In this document: piece after piece, positions 28,403 to 36,273 of the stretch
Numbering within the stretch: the first letter of the stretch is position 1
Layout: each line of letters starts with the position of its first letter
NCBI GenBank assembly: GCA_964432625.1
Contig: CAYSOH010000001.1
Coordinates: 1-39,718, forward strand
Length of the DNA stretch: 39,718 nt
Direction of reading: 5' to 3'
Source of the DNA: an uncultured archaeon
GTDB lineage: Archaea > Thermoplasmatota > Poseidoniia > MGIII > CG-Epi1
Translations under genes and position numbers: made by a program
The notes under the pieces: model-generated
Told to the model about the DNA's origin: nothing
The model's database searches: none
The model's input: only the letters and a program-made list of their open reading frames with translations

Positions 28403-29077
28403 ATGGACATTACACGTAGAGATTTCTTGAAAGGCGCTATCGGGCTTGCAGGAGCTGGGATGGCAGGAGCATTGACAGTTCCAGCACTAAAAACGCTTCT
28501 TCCTCCACCTGTAACCAGATGTAATGAGGATGATGCACACGAAACTTTGACGTATAAAGGTGCAAGCGGAAAATGGTACGAGAGTAAAGATGGTGAGGTT
28601 GCTAAGAAAGGGGATTTCAAACTCTGGGATGCTGCTCTGGTTAACTGGGGTCCAAAAGGTCTAGAAGAAGAATTGGGATCTTGTGAAATTCAACTAGCGC
28701 TCGTTAAAGTTCCTACAGAAGCCAACATGAAGGAACTAGGTGTTGAGGATGATGACGGAAACAGTACGATGATGGCGTACCACACTTACAAATGTCCACA
28801 TCTTTGCTGTAAACCTGTTTTCACATCTGAAGGAACCAGTGCAATCAGTGGTGCAGATTATGAGAATATGTTTCTCTGCCCATGTCATCTTTCATTGTTT
28901 GATCCTGTCTCTGTAAATGAAGAAACTGATGAATTAGGAAGAAAGGTAATGACTGCCGAATTATTGGAAGGACCTGCTCCATATGGTCTACCGGTAGTGC
29001 CTATTGCTGAAAAAGATGGAGGATTGATAGGTCTGACCACTCATATAGAGTGGCTGAAATATTGTGGACAAGGATGA
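28403..29077 (+). CDS. Rieske [2Fe-2S] protein with Tat signal
   Basis: Twin-arginine signal MDITRRDFLKGAIGLAGAG. Cluster boxes CPHLCC and CPCHLSLF. Confidence 0.9.
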   Translation: MDITRRDFLKGAIGLAGAGMAGALTVPALKTLLPPPVTRCNEDDAHETLTYKGASGKWYESKDGEVAKKGDFKLWDAALVNWGPKGLEEELGSCEIQLALVKVPTEANMKELGVEDDDGNSTMMAYHTYKCPHLCCKPVFTSEGTSAISGADYENMFLCPCHLSLFDPVSVNEETDELGRKVMTAELLEGPAPYGLPVVPIAEKDGGLIGLTTHIEWLKYCGQG

Positions 29078-30027
29078 TGAAAGTTAACAAAGTCTTAGCA
29101 GTGGTGATTGGATGTTTAGCTCTACTGGCCGTACCAGCAAGTGCAGAAACTCCACTGATGGAAGAGTTGATGAAGAAATATACCTTCCCTCTGATTTTCT
29201 TATCCTTAGCTGGAGCTGTTGCAGGAGTCGCATATCTTTACTTGACTGGATTACTGCCAAAAGTTATGTTTGAATCTTGGAAATGGGTCGATGAAAGATT
29301 TGCATTACATAAATATTTTTCAATGGCTAAAAGGGAATATTACTCTGTTGTATACACTCTGCTGCCTGCAACTGGAAGAACTATGCCACAATCACATACT
29401 GAGAGATATAATGTCAAAGCGGTATGGTACTGGTACCCATTCTACTCTTTAGGTGGGTTATCCTTCTTTGCATATATCGTGCTTACTATAACAGGAATCT
29501 ATCTAGGTTTCTATTATGTTCCAGATGGTGAATTCATAACCGATCCAGAAACTGGAGAGAAAACATCTGGAGCTTACAAGTCGATGGAACTGATAATGAC
29601 ACAAGTGACATTTGGATACATCATAAGGGCTGTACACCACTGGTCTGCTCATTTCATGGTTGCCTCGGTTTTCCTTCACATGATGAGAGTTTATTTCGTT
29701 GGAGCATACAGAAATCCAAGGGAAGTAAATTGGATACTTGGAACACTCCTGCTTGGAATTACAATTTTCTTTGGATATACTGGTTACCTTCTACCTTGGG
29801 ACGAATTGGGGTTCGCAGCAGGTTCAATCGGATTAGAAATGGCCACTTCAATACCTGCAATGGGGCCCCTAATGGCACAGATCATATTTGGAGGTACACA
29901 ACTTACTGGAGATACGGTTACCAGAATGTACTGGCTACATATCTTTGTTCTGCCTTTAATTGGAACAGTCTTAATAATTGTCCATATGGCACTTGTTTGG
30001 ATACAAGGGGAGGCTGAACCTCACTAA
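29074..30027 (+). CDS. cytochrome b (b6-like N-terminal half) with extra N-terminal signal-like helix
   Basis: Helix B VHHWSAHFMVASVFLHM has 13 residues between His ligands. Helix D LHIFVLPLIGTVLIIVH has 14, which is the b6-type spacing. The ATG overlaps the Rieske TGA (ATGATGA). Confidence 0.9.
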   Translation: MMKVNKVLAVVIGCLALLAVPASAETPLMEELMKKYTFPLIFLSLAGAVAGVAYLYLTGLLPKVMFESWKWVDERFALHKYFSMAKREYYSVVYTLLPATGRTMPQSHTERYNVKAVWYWYPFYSLGGLSFFAYIVLTITGIYLGFYYVPDGEFITDPETGEKTSGAYKSMELIMTQVTFGYIIRAVHHWSAHFMVASVFLHMMRVYFVGAYRNPREVNWILGTLLLGITIFFGYTGYLLPWDELGFAAGSIGLEMATSIPAMGPLMAQIIFGGTQLTGDTVTRMYWLHIFVLPLIGTVLIIVHMALVWIQGEAEPH

Positions 30028-31082
30028 TGAACGAAGATAATGCTACCGAAATGATAAATGAATATCAAGATGAGCAAGTGGCTCTTGATACGATAAGTAA
30101 AATTGAGAATCGAGAAGAGCATTCCGTCTTAGAAGCTGATATGGTAAAGGGTGAACCTCTTTATCCACATGAAATGACACGGGATGGTGTTTTGACTATG
30201 TATATCATGGCTCTATTCTTCTTCTTAGCCGCTTTTGTTCCTCCGCCTTTACACAAGGCTGCAGACCCGACTGCTGTAACTCCTTTCCCACCTCCATTAC
30301 CTGATTGGTACTTATTGTGGGCATTTGGCTGTCTAAAAGTGGCTCAGGATATTGAAATGAATCTTCCACTTTCAATGATACCTTTCCTTGGATTAGAGGA
30401 CATAGAACTAATGTTAATGAGTGCAAAAGTCTGGGGAACTTTGGTTCAAGGTCTCATTTTTGGACTTGTTGTAGCCGTACCGTTTATTGACAGAGCAATA
30501 GGTACCTTTATTGATCCTCAATATGGAGACGTAATCAATAGAGGTCATGAAAGAAGACCTATTGAGGATCCTGTCCGTGCAGCTATTGGTGTTTATGGAA
30601 TTGCAATGGTCATAATGCTTTCTGTTTTCTCAATAAACGCCAATATCGCAATGTATTATCCAGAAATCGATACTAACGTGCTTACACAAATTACACTATG
30701 GGGACCAATTGGTTGCGCACTAATCACTTATCTTTTCTTAGACCGGAGAAGGTCTGAAGGTGCAAAACCTCTATCAGACGAAGAAAGATTTGATCTATAT
30801 ACAAATGGAATAACTGACAGAAGAATGCAGAGGATTTATGAATTCAAACTGAACAGATGCTACCAATGCGGTCTCTGTGATGATATTTGCCCTGTTAGAG
30901 ACATGGAGGGAGAACATGAACTCAATATTATTTTCAATACATTCCAGAATGAACACGATGGTGTCGCCATGTGGTCTTGTATAACTTGTGGAATGTGTAC
31001 TGCCGTTTGCCCACAGAACATTGAGTATGTTGACTATGTTCTAGAGCAAAGGGCGTTAGCGACTGCAGGAGTGAGCTCATGA
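30027..31082 (+). CDS. cytochrome b C-terminal half / subunit IV-like protein fused to a 2x[4Fe-4S] (HdrC/GlpC-N-like) domain
   Basis: Qo-site motif PLPDWYLLWAFG (a PEWY variant), four predicted TM helices, then CYQCGLCDDICP and CITCGMCTAVCP. TAATG overlap with the upstream gene. Confidence 0.8.
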   Translation: MNEDNATEMINEYQDEQVALDTISKIENREEHSVLEADMVKGEPLYPHEMTRDGVLTMYIMALFFFLAAFVPPPLHKAADPTAVTPFPPPLPDWYLLWAFGCLKVAQDIEMNLPLSMIPFLGLEDIELMLMSAKVWGTLVQGLIFGLVVAVPFIDRAIGTFIDPQYGDVINRGHERRPIEDPVRAAIGVYGIAMVIMLSVFSINANIAMYYPEIDTNVLTQITLWGPIGCALITYLFLDRRRSEGAKPLSDEERFDLYTNGITDRRMQRIYEFKLNRCYQCGLCDDICPVRDMEGEHELNIIFNTFQNEHDGVAMWSCITCGMCTAVCPQNIEYVDYVLEQRALATAGVSS

Positions 31083-31966
31083 GCAGAACCAAACCATATT
31101 CGAGAACCATCCCGCACCCACTTTTTGAGAGACTAATTGTGGAAGATGCAATGAAAGAAGAGAAAGAACCATGGAAGCCAGAAAGACCACATGAGTATGG
31201 GTACTTCCCTGGATGTGTTGATTTCATGGATGTAGAAGTAAAATTCACACATCTAAACAAAGGAGATGCTGACCATGCATCCATTGCTGCAGCTTCGATT
31301 AAGCTTCTCAACTATGCTGATATTGATCCACTCATATTGGATATGAATATCTTCAAATGTTCAGGTCATGATCAACTGTGGCAGGGTCAACTAGAGGTCT
31401 TTGACACACTAAAAGAGCACAACATGCGAAGGTTAAAGGAATCTGGAATCAAGATAATTACTTGTTCTTGTGCCGAATGCTATCGTACATTCGCTGTAGA
31501 TTATGATTTGCCTGGAACTCTGGGAATAAAAGTTGAACATATTACTCAAACTCTACAAGGAAGGGGACTGAAATTCAAAGCACCTGAAGATGTTACTGTT
31601 GCCTACCATGATCCATGCAGATTAGGAAGGATGATGGGAGAGTACGAGGCTCCCCGAGACTTAATCCAGTTAGTAGACGGTGCAAAAATGGTTGAACTTG
31701 AAAACAACAAAGAGCGAGCATTATGTTGTGGAGTTTCATCAATGATGTACTGTAATGATGCAACAAAAGCAGTTAGACGAAAGCGTCTGGATCAAGGTAC
31801 TGATGCTGGAATTGACATTATGCTTGGTGGTTGTCCTAAATGTTACATGCACATGCAATGCATGCTAAATGAGGAAAGAATGAATCCTGAGGAAGGCCAT
31901 CATCATGATTATGAGATGATGGACCTTATGCAATTTCTGGTTGCTTGTTTGGAGGAAAAAAGCTAG
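31079..31966 (+). CDS. two-CCG-domain cysteine-rich protein (HdrB / HdrD-C / GlpC-C / SdhE-like)
   Basis: YFPGC...KCSGHD...CSCAECY and YHDPCRLGR...LCCGVS...GGCPKCY form two CCG-type repeats. ATGA overlap with the upstream gene. Confidence 0.8.
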   Translation: MSRTKPYSRTIPHPLFERLIVEDAMKEEKEPWKPERPHEYGYFPGCVDFMDVEVKFTHLNKGDADHASIAAASIKLLNYADIDPLILDMNIFKCSGHDQLWQGQLEVFDTLKEHNMRRLKESGIKIITCSCAECYRTFAVDYDLPGTLGIKVEHITQTLQGRGLKFKAPEDVTVAYHDPCRLGRMMGEYEAPRDLIQLVDGAKMVELENNKERALCCGVSSMMYCNDATKAVRRKRLDQGTDAGIDIMLGGCPKCYMHMQCMLNEERMNPEEGHHHDYEMMDLMQFLVACLEEKS

Positions 31967-31989
31967 TGGCAGAAATCGATAAGAACTTC

Positions 31990-32796
31990 ATGAGCACATA
32001 TCAGAAGGTAGCCACTCATGATGGCGATTCAGAACCGATACAGATATGGGCTAAGGATTCTGATTCTTACGGAGGTGTGGGAACTGACAAACTAGGTATC
32101 TGGGGAAGTGTTGTAGCCATTGATTTTGACATATGTGTCGCTGATGGGGCTTGCGTTGATGCTTGTCCAGTCGATGTTTTTGATTGGATTGATACTCCAA
32201 ACCATCCTGCTTCTGATACGAAAGCAATTGGCGTTCGAGAACCTGATTGCATTGTTTGTAGAGCTTGTGAAGAAGTGTGCCCTGTAGACGCGATACTGAT
32301 TACAGATCCAGGAGATATCGGGTCGGGATCTCAGGCTGAAAGCGCAGTGAAGGAAGAAGCGACTAATGAAGTGCCTGCTGAAGCCAAAACTGAGACACCT
32401 GTGGCTGTTGCATCAGATAGTACCTCTCTTTTCTTTCACAAACCGAATAAATGGCTTAACAGAGCAAAAGAGGTTCTCGATAAAGAAGAATTACCTTCTA
32501 CTGGAATTGAAAAAGCAAAGGATATGTTTAAGGATTTAAGAAAACAAACATTAGACGCGCTTCCACGAGGTAAGGATTACATTGCCTTAGTGGACAACGA
32601 AAAATGTATTGGTTGCACTCAATGTGTCTACTTCTGTAATTTTGCCTCAATAGATATGATCACTTGGGATTTACAAGCTAGAACCTCACAATTTGAATCA
32701 AAGAAAGCATTGATTCTGGAAGATACTTGTACGGGATGCACTTTGTGTGCATTTGCTTGCCCAGTTGAAGCCATTACTATGGAAGCAAAAATTTAA
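31990..32796 (+). CDS. two-domain ferredoxin (Sulfolobus Zn-ferredoxin-like 7Fe domain + linker + 2x[4Fe-4S] domain)
   Basis: LGIWGSVVAIDFDICVADGACVDACPVDVFDW...HPASD...CIVCRACEEVCPVDAI, a linker of about 100 aa, then CIGCTQCVYFCN and CTGCTLCAFACPVEAI. I use ATG 31990; the track TTG at 31945 overlaps the upstream gene. Confidence 0.85.
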   Translation: MSTYQKVATHDGDSEPIQIWAKDSDSYGGVGTDKLGIWGSVVAIDFDICVADGACVDACPVDVFDWIDTPNHPASDTKAIGVREPDCIVCRACEEVCPVDAILITDPGDIGSGSQAESAVKEEATNEVPAEAKTETPVAVASDSTSLFFHKPNKWLNRAKEVLDKEELPSTGIEKAKDMFKDLRKQTLDALPRGKDYIALVDNEKCIGCTQCVYFCNFASIDMITWDLQARTSQFESKKALILEDTCTGCTLCAFACPVEAITMEAKI

Positions 32797-32815
32797 TTCT
32801 AAGAATTGTGGGTCA

Positions 32816-33340
32816 ATGACGAAAAAATCCGAAGTTGATTATCTTTTTTATTCTATTATTGGAGCAATATGGTTTGCTGTTTTGTATGCAATCTGGGCCG
32901 CTACTGAAGCTGGAGATCCTGGTTATGGACAAGCTGCATTTCTTGTTGGTGGAATAATTGCTACCATTTATATGTTCAAAAGAAAACGGGAAAGGCCTAG
33001 ATTTAATGAAGATGAAATAGAAATTCCCGAAGCTCAATTTTCGGTAGAAATACCTGATGAAGGAGATAAATATGTATTCAGTGAGAAAGCCTATCGGAAA
33101 ATTACATGGGCAACAACGCTTTTTGCCCTGATAGCAATAAGTATTTTCTTAGAAACTATACTGATAAGAAAAAATGTAGGAATGGGACTGATTTTATTAG
33201 TATTGGGAATTATCGTATTCCTCTTACCCATACTAATTCCTGTTAAAGACGACATTGAAACTTTGAAGAAAAGGGCTGAAAAAGAAAGGACAAAGGCTTG
33301 GCATAAAGGTAAATTCGACCAGTCTAGTGAAGAAGAGTGA
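32816..33340 (+). CDS. four-helix membrane protein (hypothetical)
   Basis: MTKKSEVDYLF followed by two helix pairs separated by a charged loop. ATG 32816 avoids overlap with the ferredoxin gene. GTGA overlap with cca. Confidence 0.5.
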   Translation: MTKKSEVDYLFYSIIGAIWFAVLYAIWAATEAGDPGYGQAAFLVGGIIATIYMFKRKRERPRFNEDEIEIPEAQFSVEIPDEGDKYVFSEKAYRKITWATTLFALIAISIFLETILIRKNVGMGLILLVLGIIVFLLPILIPVKDDIETLKKRAEKERTKAWHKGKFDQSSEEE

Positions 33341-34518
33341 ACAAAATACTTCAGAAAGTTCTGGAAAGAGTCAAGCCTGACAAGAAAGAGGAAGACAGAA
33401 TAGCGGAATTAGCACAAGATTTGCTTAATGAAGCACAAATGAATAGTTCCAATTCTAACGCACTAATAGTAGGTTCAGTAGCAAAAGGAACTTTTCTGAA
33501 AGATGCCGACATAGACCTCTTTCTCAAATTCAAAGAAGGAACTGATCTCAAGAAGAAAGGCCTGTTAGAAGCTAGAAAGATTCTACCAGAGGGAAGGGAA
33601 CTTTATGCACAACATCCCTATTTACGGGGAGAGAAAAATGGAATCGGACTAGATGTAGTGCCTTGTTATGAAATCAAGGACCCTTCAAAACCAGTATCTG
33701 CTGTTGATAGAACACCTTTTCACACTGAGTGGGTAATGGAAAACATTGATGGGTTGGAGGATGAAATAAGACTTACCAAACAATTTCTAAAGGGTGCAGG
33801 AGCGTATGGTGCTGGAGCTGCTATTGGAGGATTTTCAGGATATCTAGTAGAAATCCTCTGCATAAGGAGTAAAGGTTTTACAAATCTTCTTGAAGAAATA
33901 AAAGGATGGAGACCTCCTGTCCAATTAGGTGAAATCAAAGGTGCGCCTGCCTCTCCGATAATGCTTCCTGATCCTGTTGATAGTGGGAGAAATGTGGCAG
34001 CTGGTGTAACTCTAAGGGGACTTGGAGCTGCTATTCTAGCCTCTAAAGCATTCTTAGAAAATCCATCAATTGATTTCTTCTTTCCAAAGAAAAAGGAGAG
34101 AGTGGCCAAAGGACATGTTACTACAGTTGTAATTCCACATCCAGGAGGAAACGAAGAAAGTGTATTACCATGGCTCCAGAAACAGGGTAGGAAAATCTAC
34201 AGTGCTGTAACTGAATTCGAACCTATTGCTTGGAATGTTAATCTAAGTGAGAAAGGATTTGTTGTTCTTGAAACTGCGACTGTTGAACTGCCAGATATTG
34301 TCCCCCACAAAGGTCCTGCTCCTTGGGATGATGGAGCTATGGATTTCCTTAGAAAATATCCAGACGCCTCATTGAGTGGAGATAGACTGGAAATAGGAAA
34401 ACCACCTAGACATTCTAAGATTGAGGGAGTCATCCTTGAATTGTTACCGAATGCTGTTGTTAAATCTGGGCTGGAAAAAGGCGCTGAACCAGTACAAAGA
34501 GTCCCCTGGTTAGATTAA
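33337..34518 (+). CDS. cca: CCA-adding enzyme (archaeal class I tRNA nucleotidyltransferase)
   Basis: GSVAKGTFLKDADIDLFL, HPYLRG, DVVPCY, SAVDRTPFH, GAGAYGA...GGFSGYLVEIL, DPVDSGRNVAA. GTG start. Confidence 0.9.
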   Translation: MNKILQKVLERVKPDKKEEDRIAELAQDLLNEAQMNSSNSNALIVGSVAKGTFLKDADIDLFLKFKEGTDLKKKGLLEARKILPEGRELYAQHPYLRGEKNGIGLDVVPCYEIKDPSKPVSAVDRTPFHTEWVMENIDGLEDEIRLTKQFLKGAGAYGAGAAIGGFSGYLVEILCIRSKGFTNLLEEIKGWRPPVQLGEIKGAPASPIMLPDPVDSGRNVAAGVTLRGLGAAILASKAFLENPSIDFFFPKKKERVAKGHVTTVVIPHPGGNEESVLPWLQKQGRKIYSAVTEFEPIAWNVNLSEKGFVVLETATVELPDIVPHKGPAPWDDGAMDFLRKYPDASLSGDRLEIGKPPRHSKIEGVILELLPNAVVKSGLEKGAEPVQRVPWLD

Positions 34519-34533
34519 AAATAAAAATTGGGT

Positions 34534-34595
34534 AGATGGGAGACAAAGCTCCCATTTACCTGGTGAACGGGGCTTTGCAGCCCCGCTCTATTTTC
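34534..34595. terminator. pair of GC-rich hairpins flanked by T/A tracts between convergent genes (bidirectional terminator candidate)
   Basis: Hairpin 1 is atgggag-acaaag-ctcccat (34536-34555). Hairpin 2 is cggggct-ttgc-agccccg (34568-34585), followed by ctctatttt. On the minus strand, hairpin 1 is followed by caatttttattttt. Confidence 0.45.
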
Positions 34596-34606
34596 GGTGA
34601 CTAGCT

Positions 34607-35110
34607 CTACGATTGTAGTGCTATATCGTAACCGATTACGTCACCGGTTGGCTCGAACTTCATACGGAACGAGTAGTCAGATACATCTGAGACACTCTCT
34701 AAATCCGAGTCAGCTTCACCTGGGTGAACTTCAAACTTGTCACCTGGGCTCAACTTACCATTGAAGTCGTTGTCAATGAAGACTACAGCTTTACCCTGGC
34801 CAGAGTAATAACCGTATACATCAGAGACTAAGCCATCAGTCTTAGTGTTTCCCTGTACATCCAGTAGATACCAGTGTACCGAGTTTACGGAAACTTGTGG
34901 GTTAATTTTGACGATCTGAACCGTCCATACACCACTTCCGTCTTCGCTTGCTATCATACTGCCAGTTGGTGCATTCTTGGTTGTACCACCAAGGAAACTG
35001 CTAGCCCAAACATACAGTACTGCAGCCAGAACAACCGTAATTGCAACCATCAAAATGACAGCAATTACAGGCGAAACTGCCTGCTCATCGTTTACTATTC
35101 TGCGCTTCAT
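34607..35110 (-). CDS. archaeal type IV pilin (Pilin_N/DUF1628-type)
   Basis: MKRRIVNDEQAVSPVIAVILMVAITVVLAAVLYVWASSF is a canonical class-III signal plus helix. The globular domain carries the GKLSPGDKFEV motif typical of this family. Confidence 0.7.
   Translation of the reverse strand: MKRRIVNDEQAVSPVIAVILMVAITVVLAAVLYVWASSFLGGTTKNAPTGSMIASEDGSGVWTVQIVKINPQVSVNSVHWYLLDVQGNTKTDGLVSDVYGYYSGQGKAVVFIDNDFNGKLSPGDKFEVHPGEADSDLESVSDVSDYSFRMKFEPTGDVIGYDIALQS
34623..34664. repeat. 42-nt perfect repeat, copy A (3' end of pilin gene)
   Basis: atatcgtaaccgattacgtcaccggttggctcgaacttcata is identical to 35198..35239, at the same 575-nt offset as the larger block. Confidence 0.9.
34827..34987. repeat. 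161-nt near-perfect repeat, copy A (147 nt perfect, 1 mismatch at 34974)
   Basis: Compared base by base with 35402..35562. Bases 34827-34973 are identical, 34974 differs (t vs c), and 13 further bases are identical. Confidence 0.9.
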
Positions 35111-35120
35111 AGTTGTGTCC

Positions 35121-35136
35121 TCTGACCGAAGTCAGA
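35121..35136 (-). other. short hairpin with UUCG tetraloop in the pilin 5' region
   Basis: The minus strand reads TCTGAC-TTCG-GTCAGA and ends 11 nt upstream of ATG 35110. It abuts GAGGA, a Shine-Dalgarno-like sequence. Confidence 0.35.
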
Positions 35137-35184
35137 ATTTGGCTACAACTATCTGAGCATATATACCTTACGTTAAAACAATCT

Positions 35185-35727
35185 TCATTCAAATACAATA
35201 TCGTAACCGATTACGTCACCGGTTGGCTCGAACTTCATAAGGAATGAAAAACCAGACAAATCATCAATATCTTCTAAATCTGAATTAGCCTCAGACGGAA
35301 GGAATTCAAATTTGTCACCGGGGCTCAATTTACCATTGAAATCTACATCAGTAAATATTACTCCATGGCCATGACCTTGTTTAGTACCATAGATATCGGA
35401 AACTAAGCCATCAGTCTTAGTGTTTCCCTGTACATCCAGTAGATACCAGTGTACCGAGTTTACGGAAACTTGTGGGTTAATTTTGACGATCTGAACCGTC
35501 CATACACCACTTCCGTCTTCGCTTGCTATCATACTGCCAGTTGGTGCACTCTTGGTTGTACCCTGAGGGTACCATCCATACGTTATGGAATAATAAAATA
35601 CTAATAGAATTATGAGGATAGCCAGAAGGCCTACTGCAATTCCTGTAACTTTTAAAATTTCTGTAATCTTGGAAAGCCCGACAACACTCTTAACTGAATC
35701 TAAGTCTTTCTCATCACTATCAGTCAT
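35185..35727 (-). CDS. membrane-anchored paralogue of the 34607..35110 pilin head domain (no class-III signal)
   Basis: The N-terminus MTDSDEKDLDS...GIAVGLLAILIILLVFYY lacks the VSPVIG motif. Its head domain shares a 51-aa block (APTGSMIASEDGSG...TDGLVSD) that is 100 percent identical to the pilin. ATGA overlap with the upstream gene. Confidence 0.65.
   Translation of the reverse strand: MTDSDEKDLDSVKSVVGLSKITEILKVTGIAVGLLAILIILLVFYYSITYGWYPQGTTKSAPTGSMIASEDGSGVWTVQIVKINPQVSVNSVHWYLLDVQGNTKTDGLVSDIYGTKQGHGHGVIFTDVDFNGKLSPGDKFEFLPSEANSDLEDIDDLSGFSFLMKFEPTGDVIGYDIVFE
35198..35239. repeat. 42-nt perfect repeat, copy B
   Basis: Identical to 34623..34664. Confidence 0.9.
35402..35562. repeat. 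161-nt near-perfect repeat, copy B
   Basis: Identical to 34827..34987 except for 35549. Confidence 0.9.
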
Positions 35728-36251
35728 TTCAAACGATCTCTACGTAAAACAAGAGACCCCAGTATAGCCAAGAGAACAGTTATGCTAGCTCCAATCCATG
35801 CTATAGATGATGCCCAATCAGGTACATTAGTCTCTGAATGTGCCTCTATCTCTGGTGGCCTTATGACTGAACTATAGGAAGACCAAGTACCTCCATCCTG
35901 ATCAAAAAAGATTATTGACAATTCGGCCTCACCCTCTCCTAATTCAAATGATTCTACCGGAGCTTGCCAATGAAAAGTCCAACCCTCAGTACTATCTGAA
36001 AAACTTAAGTGATGAACATCTGACTCAAATTCGGCCGTCTCACTCAAAGTCCCATTGGTTACTGTAATATTTACGGATGAAATCGCAGAATAATTACTAG
36101 CTGTCAAAACTATCTCATACGATGATCCTGTAGCATAGTGTAAATCATCAGGTAAACCATCGACTCTGTAAACCGGATCATCGGCCTGTGAAAAGGGAAT
36201 AAACAGACAAATTGTCAGCATTACAAGCAGACTCTTTCTAACAGTATACAT
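35724..36251 (-). CDS. secreted Reeler-like domain protein with C-terminal TM anchor (paralogue of 27377..28048, lacks the CxCH head)
   Basis: Signal peptide MYTVRKSLLVMLTICLFIPFSQA. YRVDGLPDDLHYATGSSYEIVLTAS, HHLSFS and WTFHWQAPVESFELGEGEAEL parallel the other Reeler-like ORF. C-terminal helix AWIGASITVLLAILGSLVL. Confidence 0.55.
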   Translation of the reverse strand: MYTVRKSLLVMLTICLFIPFSQADDPVYRVDGLPDDLHYATGSSYEIVLTASNYSAISSVNITVTNGTLSETAEFESDVHHLSFSDSTEGWTFHWQAPVESFELGEGEAELSIIFFDQDGGTWSSYSSVIRPPEIEAHSETNVPDWASSIAWIGASITVLLAILGSLVLRRDRLK

Positions 36252-36273
36252 ATGAACTTGTAAAGCGATTTTG

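Noticed and set aside
34827-35562. Whether the 147/161-nt repeat pair is a diversity-generating retroelement template/variable repeat.
   Set aside because: No reverse transcriptase or accessory gene is in the window. The copies differ at a single position rather than at many adenine-specific sites. Both copies lie inside intact paralogous coding regions at the same register, so tandem duplication with gene conversion explains them better.
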